A DNA stretch of 64,000 nucleotides, from NCBI RefSeq assembly GCF_009914755.1, contig NC_060936.1; one strand, written 5' to 3'. Position numbers and translations under genes: made by a program. A model generated the notes under the pieces. That model saw only the letters and a list, made by a program, of their open reading frames with translations. It was not told the origin of the DNA and searched no databases. This stretch comes from the human T2T-CHM13v2.0 reference genome, Homo sapiens. This document shows positions 55,726 through 64,000 of this stretch, piece by piece. Each line of letters starts with the position of its first letter. Position 1 is the first letter of the stretch.

Positions 55726-57934
55726 TATTAATGCTATACACATAAAAGAGAATGTAACTGTCTTACTGATGCTGTTTAATGTAGCAATAATGATTAATAT
55801 ATTAATAAACTTTATTAGATTATCGTACTTGAGTATTTCAAAGATAAATTAATACATGGAATAACTGAAAATAAACAGTGACAAAGGCCTTTATTTTTTA
55901 ATTTTAAATTATCTTAAATAGATTAGAGAGTAATGATAAAATGTATAGTCAGTTTAAATTAAAATAGAAATTTAAGTAATTACCAATTGGATAATTGGAT
56001 ATTTTATCTGTAACGTCAGATGTTTATTACCCTTATTTATAGAGGTAGATGCTAATTTTGGTTCATTTACATTATTATACTAATTCAAGAAATACTTTAT
56101 CATTTTAATTTTTCATTAAGGTACCTTAAAATTGTCATTTAAAAGTACTTTTTCAAAGTTCAACTTACCATTTTGTAATATTAACCTATTTTCTAAAATT
56201 ACAGACCCATTTTATTAAAGTCTTACTGTTGTGTGATTAATGTTCTACCCTATCTTAGTAAATTTACAAAATGCTGTGTTTACACTTAGTTCTCATTGAG
56301 CTGTTACTCTCCCGAGTCTGGAACTTTTTTCATAAAGCTAAATTCATAGTATTTCAGTTACTTTCCACAGCTGTGTTGCTCAATAATAGCATCCAGTGAA
56401 CTTTAGTATTTTTTTGTTTTTCCTGTATTTTATTAAAATATTTCATCTAGAGATAACTGAAGTGATGTAGAGATACTTGTATTAATTTGTATCCCCCATC
56501 TACTTTTGGATCCCTATTGCATTGCAAACCTATAAATCTCTTTTAACTTGATTGAGATAGAAACGTTAATGAGACTTCAGCTGTCAATCAATAAAGAAGA
56601 TGTAGATTCATATGTGGTGTCCTAGAATTTCCACTCCATGTATAGTTGGAACTACATCAAGATCAGCTTTAATCTATAATTTCCTTATTCTGTAACCTGT
56701 GTAATTGTTTCATAATATTAACTTTGAGGATGATGAATGGTGCTGATGCTCCTAAATTTGTAGGTAATGATTGATATATATGTCAATAAAATACTTTCCT
56801 AATTATGGTGTGAAACTGGAAGTTTTTTTATAGTGCTGTTTATTGTGTTCAGCCTTGACATTATTATCTTTAAAAAATTCTTTCAATGCTCAAACTTATC
56901 ATTTTGTAGCACTACTTAATTCATGTTGATGGAAATAGAAAAGTTAAACTGAAATTTTAAAAATTGGATAAAACATGAAAGAAATCAAACCAAGAAATAG
57001 TCTTTCTCCTGTTTCCTTGAGTCAACATTTTAACTAATATTTGTTTTTAAGATTCAGGGAGGTAAAAATATGAGCCTTTCTCTTCACTTAGTTGGCACTG
57101 AATTTTGGACTAACAGTGATGGACCTAGGCAATGTTACTATTCAAACATGTGACCCACAATGACTTTTTGTCCTCTCCTGTGCTCTATATCCTATCCCCA
57201 ACCCCTTACAGATTTAATTCTCACCTTTCTGTAAATACCCCATCCCACTGATGTAACACTTATCATCACTGCCTTCTAGCTAGTAAGAATGGTAAAATGA
57301 ATAGCTAATCACAAAAAGCTTGGTAGAAGTGCTAGGTAGGGGGTGTTTGGAGATTTCAGAATATTTTGATGAGAATCAACTACGTTGGTTTATGGAGATA
57401 GCCCCGTCCCAAGGTCCAATCCACCAACAATATATTTGTGTATATACTGACATGTGTAATACTGTGTCTGTGTAATACTGACATGAAGTTTAGACAAATA
57501 ACATTAAACATTTATGATATATTTTGATTATATTTTACTCTAGTGTGCTATAATACAAGTAGCTGTAATAGGTTTCCTAGGAAAGAGAAACATAGTGATG
57601 TCCTTAAAGTAGTATTCATTATTATTTATCATGTAGCTAATTATTCATCATCTGGATTTATGGCTTTTATGACTGCACTGAGAGCAAAATGAGTTATAAT
57701 TAATATATTTTAATTTAGGGGAAGAAGACCCCTAAGGGGTCTATGGAATTGCATTTGTCAAATCTAATTTCTAACTAGTCACTAATATGAGATGTAATTC
57801 TATTCTTCTTTTCAGTATACAATGAAATCTATTATCTGCCATGATATTTTTACTTACCTAGATGGAGTTGTTCTGCTCTAATTATTGTGAAATTCAGAGA
57901 AAGGCCCTTTCCGAGCACTGAAAGAACCATAATC

Positions 57935-58195
57935 TAGACCTTGCTGTGCAACACATTAGCCACTAGACAATTGTGATTAGGGTGTACTTAAAATATGGCT
58001 AATCTCAGCTGAGATAAAGTGTAAGTGTAAAATTCATATCAGATTTCAGAGATTTCATATAAAAATACAGAATTGCCCAATAATGTTATATTAATTAAAA
58101 TAATAATATCTTGTTTCTTTTTAATTTTTTCAATGTAAGTACTAAAAAATTCAAATTTTATATACAGTTAACATATTTCTGTTGGACGACACTAA
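57935..58195. mobile_element. MER33-like hAT-Charlie remnant
   Basis: tgctgtgcaac...tgtaagtgtaaaatt...ttggacgacact. Confidence 0.65.
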
Positions 58196-59525
58196 CCTTG
58201 AAACTGTTGTGTAAAATAATATAGAAAGGGTGTTTTATGCAGAAAATAATTGGTAAGATATTAGGAGACACAGAGACTACACAAAACAGGGCACACAAAT
58301 CCTAGTTTATAAAACAAGAGAACTTGGATTCTGCTAAACATAGTGAATATTATGAAATAAAAAGTGGAAATAACCCTCCATTGTGGTTCTAGACCTTAAA
58401 GTGGCATAATTGAATTTAACCCTTGATTTCCTGTACTTATTTGTTTTTAATCAAAGACCATCTTACAAAGTCAGGATAAAGTCTTTTATGTTATTAAAAT
58501 ACTTGTTGTAAGAAATAGGATTAGCCCCTGACTTGTAATCTATTTCATATCAGGTTTTACATAGATAGAGTTATTAATTATTCAAATAGCACAATTTGCA
58601 CTGTGATATGGATGGATTCTTGTAATGAGAGCCATATTATATTTGACATCCTGTTGGATCATAAATCCAGTTTTAATCTAAAAGACACAAAATATAAGAG
58701 CCAACAGCAGTCGCGTAAGTGAATATATTTGAAAGATAAAAACAAGTATAATGCATTTATAACTTCCAAGAATCATATGATTATGTTTTATGTGGCACTT
58801 CCTGACAACCACTCACACTTCCTTTTCAAATATGCAGATCATCTACATTACTGGGAACCAGAATTTTACCCAAACCAAAAGTTAAACTGAAACGCTTCAT
58901 GTGACTTCTCTATAATTCACATCCCTGTCAGCACTTCAGAGCAAGGGAGCAAGTAAGTTTCGAGAGCCCTCTCTAGTGGATCTGGAATAGCCACCTGTAG
59001 GAAAGGATCATGAGGCTTCATTAGATTTCAGTACAGAACAATGCATAAGGCAGCATGGAAGAGTGTCACAACTGCCAATGTCTGCTGTAGCAGTGGGAGG
59101 TTAGAGTGAGTGAGAACTTACTTGCTAGTAGTCTTTGCTGTAAGGCAATAACAAGCCAAGGTGCTACAGGAAGATTCTTTGAAGCTTTTGAGAAAAGTGA
59201 GCCAATTCAATTAATAATGCAACAGGAAAAGTTCTCCTTACATTTCATGGTTATATTTGCCATTAGTGATGAATATAATCTGCATAGCACTCCTACATTT
59301 TAGGAAGTGTTGTTATAACCACATTTATATTGCAAGAGCAGAGGTGAGAAAGCACTTCAAGTTCATAATTTCCTTGTGGAGGCCTGAATGCAGCTGCCAG
59401 TGATAACCAGATGAGTAAATGTAAAACTATTTTTTAAAATAAATACGTCTGAAAAGTAATTTTCTCCCACAAACGCTATAATAGAAACTTTCAAACTATT
59501 TTTATGACCCCCAAAGGATAGATCT

Positions 59526-59660
59526 AGATCAGCATTGTCCAATGTAAGTATGATGTGAGCCATGTATGTAATTTTACATTTTTAAGTCACATTAGAAATG
59601 TAAAAATAAATTGGTAAACTTAATTTAATACTGTATTTTATTTAATCTAATATATCCAAC
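59526..59660. mobile_element. MER3-like hAT-Charlie partial copy
   Basis: cagcattgtccaat...gtgagccatgtatgtaatttta...ttaatctaatatatccaa. Confidence 0.7.
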
Positions 59661-60458
59661 AGATACCTTTTATTTAATGGAATTATGAGGACATTGTCTT
59701 ACACGAGAAAATTTTAGCCATATTAGCCCCTAAAATTACATGTCTTAAAGAAACAAAGATGCATAAAATAAAGTAATTTTAGATTAACATCTATAAGTAT
59801 GTAGCTATTTGTAAATGTTAATACATGTTACAAATAAAATAATAAATGCTAAATTAATACTTTAAACTTTCATATGGATGTGAGGTTTTCTCCCAAAGTT
59901 ATTGGATTCAAGAGTTCTCTACCAAAGCTCATGTATCAGTGGAAAATTACAAGGAGACTTAGTAAGGGTGAATCTCCTTCTCATCTTTCTCCACATTATT
60001 CAAATTTGATCCAACCATGGATTTTCTGTTAACTTCAAAATAAAACCAGTGCTTAGAATAACTCAGTGTGATACATAGACAAAGTAAGAAATAAGCACAA
60101 CAATTTTGTTCTGCTAAGCACATATTTTGGTGTGAGACATATGGAAGAAAGTTAAAAGAACTTTTGTTTTTTTGTAATCTGATTGTGCTGTGTTCCAATC
60201 CTTGCTCTGATGGGCATCTTGAACAAGTGACAAACTCTCTGAGCCTGTTTCCTTACCATTAAGTTCAGATTAATGTATAACTCAATAGCGTCAAGTGAGA
60301 AAGTATAATGAGAAGCCCCTGGCCTAATATCTTGATTTTCATAAACATTCAGCAAATACCAACTTGATACAGTAAACCTTTCCAGAACAATATTCCAAAA
60401 TTAAACCAAAAATACTCTAAGCAGATTAAAATTGGATCAATTCGACATACCATATTTA

Positions 60459-60510
60459 GGAAATATTTCCATGAAATGATGGGAAATATTTCCATGAAAT
60501 GATGGGAAAT
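60459..60510. repeat. 23-bp perfect tandem duplication containing the palindrome GGAAATATTTCC
   Basis: ggaaatatttccatgaaatgatg twice, then ggaaat. Confidence 0.95.
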
Positions 60511-62141
60511 TTTTCAAAAAAATACTTTGAGACCTGATTCCTCTAGATTTGTCTTGAAATGGAAGTAGAACTCAATGTTTCAAATACATAAATCTTAAGC
60601 CTCTTCCATTGTAAGTGTGTAGAATCTTTGGAAATGTAAAAGGTATAAATTTCTAATAGCATGTTAACTTATTTTTTCACATGGCAAGTACAAGACGCAT
60701 TTCTAGAAAATAGGTGGGAATGTCAACACCAGGACTCCTTATGCAATGCTCTATACTCAAAAATACACCCAGAAAATGTTTCCACCACCAGGATCCCAAA
60801 GTGGATGCCAGATAATTGATTAGAGTGACCCATATTCTCTGTAAAATAAATTGGTAGAATAATTTAATATATACCTTTTATTAAATAGAATTATGAGGAC
60901 ATTGTCCTACAGGAGAAAATTTTAGCTGTATTAGCCCCTTAAATTATATGTCCTAAAGAAAAATAAAATACATAAAATAAGGTGGTTTTAGATTATTAAC
61001 ATCTGTAACTATGTAGCTACATTTTCATCCCTTTCCCTTTAAAGGAAATATTGGCTAGTTGTCTTTCTAGGGAGACAAAGAGAAGGATATCCACCACTTT
61101 GTTTTGTTTCGTTGTTAATCTTATTCAGTGTTTAAACTGTGCAATTATATTTTCTATTGAGAATAAAAAACTTTTTTGTTTTCTTACCTTCATAAACTAT
61201 TTTTAAAGTATTGACCTAGATCCAATAAACAACGCTATAAGGAACTTATAGTTTAGTATCCTAAAGGGGATTAAAAAAATGTTTTGGAGGTAGGAAGGAT
61301 TGGTTTCTAATCATAATGGGCAGGGAGCAGGTGTTTCCAGATTCTATTTAACTGACATTGAAGGATGAATTAACGAAAGCATTTTAAGTGAAGAATACAG
61401 CCTAAATAAATACCTGGAGACAGATCACAATAATGTATCCAGGTAATGGAGAGTAGAACAAACCAAGGACTGGATTATTGGACAGAACTGAGATAGTTTG
61501 GTGAGATACCGGAAATTAGTGGAAAATGTGAGTGGGAAACAGGATTGGATCAACTACCCTGATACCTGTCCAATCTATAGGCTTCAGGGTATTTGTATAA
61601 TCTCTAGGTGGAAAACTGCTACGTGATGGTTTTCAAAATAGGAAGGCAATAGTATTCTCAGATAATGTTCATTCCAATAATTATTGGTGTATTTTGAAAT
61701 AAAATTAGACATGGTTAGGGGAAATGGTAATTTAATTCAAATATGAAGCGATAACAATCAAGTTACCTACACTGAAGTCTCTACTTAATGGGTATATCAA
61801 TTTATAAGTATTATTAAGTGCAAGAAAACTTGATCTACAGAGGTATTGGCATTTCATTCTGTTGATAGTTGATTTTACATATGCTGATTCCTCTTAAATC
61901 TCAGTGAATCTGCTTCCAAGTATAGACATTGGTAGAACCATTTGTAAATACTTTCCTCACAAGAATATTGATATAGACAGTGATTTCCTGAACAAGCTAA
62001 TCTACTCAAGGGATTGAGTTCCTTGAGGCCTTCAGGAGCACTATGATGAGTCCTCTAAGTCTAGTATTGGCTGGAAAAAGCTAGAATTTCTAAGATTATT
62101 TATCTGGAATACATTAGAATCAAAGAATTGGAATGCCTTTC

Positions 62142-62509
62142 TATCTTAGACAGCTCAGGCTCCTGTTACAGAATACCATAGACTTGATGGCTTAAATAAC
62201 AAATATTTATTTTTCACAGTTCTGGAGGCTGGAATTCTGAGATCAGGGTGTCAGTATTCGTGGGTTCTTGATTAGGGCCTTCCTCTTGGTTAAAGAAAGC
62301 CGTCTTCTTACTATATCTTCACATATCTGGGAGAAAGATCTTGTATCTCTTCATCCCCTTTCAAGGTGATTAATCCCATCATGAGGACCCCACCTTCATG
62401 ACCTAATCTAACGTTATTACCTCCTAAAGGCCCCATCTCCAAGTACCATCACATGGAGGATTAGAGTTTCACCATAATGAATTTTGGAGGATCATGTCCA
62501 CTCATAGCA
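62142..62509 (-). mobile_element. MLT1A-like ERVL-MaLR solo LTR
   Basis: cagaataccatagact...cacagttctggaggctgg...tgaattttggagg...catagca. Confidence 0.88.
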
Positions 62510-63029
62510 GCATCTTAGAGACCATATAGTTTAATCAATAAGAATTATATTTCTAATAAACTTTTAAAAATACATAGTCTTACAATTGGAATATTTTAAC
62601 AGGAGAAGCTGAGATTTTAAAAGGTAACTGTACTTGTTTTAGGTTATACAGATTGTTAATGACAGAGTTAGGAGTAGGATCCCCATCTCCTGAGTCACAA
62701 AAATCATGGAAAATTTATGTTAGAGGCAATACCTATGTTTATAGCCTACCTGAATAGTACTTTGGGGTAAACACACTTACCTTAATGCAGTACACACACC
62801 CCAGGACCTAGCAACTTCACAGAAATTTATTTCTCGTATGTGATCCATTTTCTTTCTTTCCATCTTCTAACAATCATAATTATATACTTCATATTCTTAA
62901 TGTAAATAGTTGAATCTGTTTCTGCTTTTTAAGTCACTTTTCATTGCACAGCACCATTTGTTAATTATTTTTTCTATGTCCATAATCCTTAGTAAATGAT
63001 CTCACAATCTGAATTTTAAAATATATAAC

Positions 63030-63240
63030 AACAACAAACACATAGTGCTTATTTTATGACCAGGCACTGTTCTAAATGCTTTAGATACATTAACTTTCTT
63101 TATATTTACTCCTACCCTTGGAGATAAATAGCCTTCATTTGATAGAAGATAACATTGAATCAGAATCTCAGCATCCCACAGCCAGCGAGTGGTAGAGCTG
63201 GACGTAACCCCAGTGAGTCTGAAAGTAGTCTCTACATTAT
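63030..63240 (-). mobile_element. MIR fragment
   Basis: ccaggcactgttctaaatgcttta...cacagccagcgagtggtagagctgg. Confidence 0.75.
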
Positions 63241-64000
63241 TACATTTTTGGTGTTATAGATGAAATAGATATGCATAAATACAAATTATGATACAAGTGT
63301 GTAACCAGTTAGCCAAACTTGCTTATCTGTATAATGAAAACATAGGCTAGAATGATACAATAGTTATTTGACGGAAGACACTCGTGTTCTAAGTTTAGTC
63401 TTTAATTTCAGCTTAAGGCAAAATATAAGAAGTTATTTTCTTCCTCTTAGAGAAAATTAATCCTAATTTAAGAAATAGTAGTACTATAACATATTTGTGA
63501 ACAAACTTCAGATATGTAAACTATTGTGAGCATTAAAGATGTCATTTGGAAGCTTTGATTTGAAAGAGACTTGCATGACAGGTTTAACCCTGTAACACAC
63601 GTTGTTCAGTGCAACTGAATGTGAAATTTTGAGAATCAGCCACTTTAGTTATAGGGAATTTTCAATGTTAGAAAGTTAGTCTTTTACATGAAAAAAAAAA
63701 TTCTAACTCAAGTCAATCCACTTAGTTCCACCACTGGGGCAAAACTGAACAAATTTAATCACTCTTTCTTATGTCTTAGCTAAAATTCACTAAGTCTTTC
63801 TTACAACCATGCTTTAATATGATGTGGTTTACAAATCCTTTTTGCCTCAGCCACAGTACACAAAATAGCTTCATATTATTATTCTTTCTCTATAAAAATA
63901 GTTTCCAGAGCTCTTCTTAATTCTCTAGATTTCTTCGTATTTCAGTGTATTTTGAAGATCTGGTCTTCCTTGATGTGTGACTGCTTCATTTCTGTTAATG

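Noticed and set aside
59106-59303. 65-aa ORF in unique sequence
   Set aside because: Non-ATG start and no convincing splice sites. The region looks regulatory rather than coding.
60459-60510. Palindromic 23-bp repeat superficially like a CRISPR repeat
   Set aside because: Directly tandem with no spacers, no cas genes, and the DNA is eukaryotic.
60813-60822. TAATTGATTA paired-homeodomain P2 site
   Set aside because: Isolated AT-rich motif expected by chance at this base composition.

Overview
This is AT-rich, repeat-dense primate (human-like) genomic DNA, not prokaryotic. There are no CRISPR arrays, rRNA/tRNA genes or operons. Almost all ORF-track entries are spurious (Alu, L1, LTR, microsatellite). 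The real coding signal is three small + strand exons that splice in frame: 21771-21903, 24950-25010 and 37046-37198. They encode ...IEEDPIHKDTTANEKLERNREYTYQWLHTQVGVHETTSSRNMKCNHFLPELDPDVLNGGRVQLVARLVSREDTDLDLFSMTNGSALSVNREKKNQAHRHSAGSSSKLWFPSKLI*, which I recognise from memory (not a database search) as the LRRIQ1 C-terminus. If that is right, the right end of the window is the interval approaching ALX1, whose coding sequence is not in the window. The most interesting signal is missed by the ORF track. A perfect internal GTAAGT donor at 37167 in the last exon joins in frame to an AG-flanked open exon 18 kb downstream (55261-55406), giving a different 47-aa basic C-terminus with its own AATAAA. 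Other points: a coding A10 run, a twin-primed inverted L1 with a nested L1, an L1 inside an Alu tail, local duplications and hairpin scars, and several candidate cis-regulatory patches. I see no evidence of a wholly new biological system. Repeat subfamily names are by eye and their boundaries are approximate.
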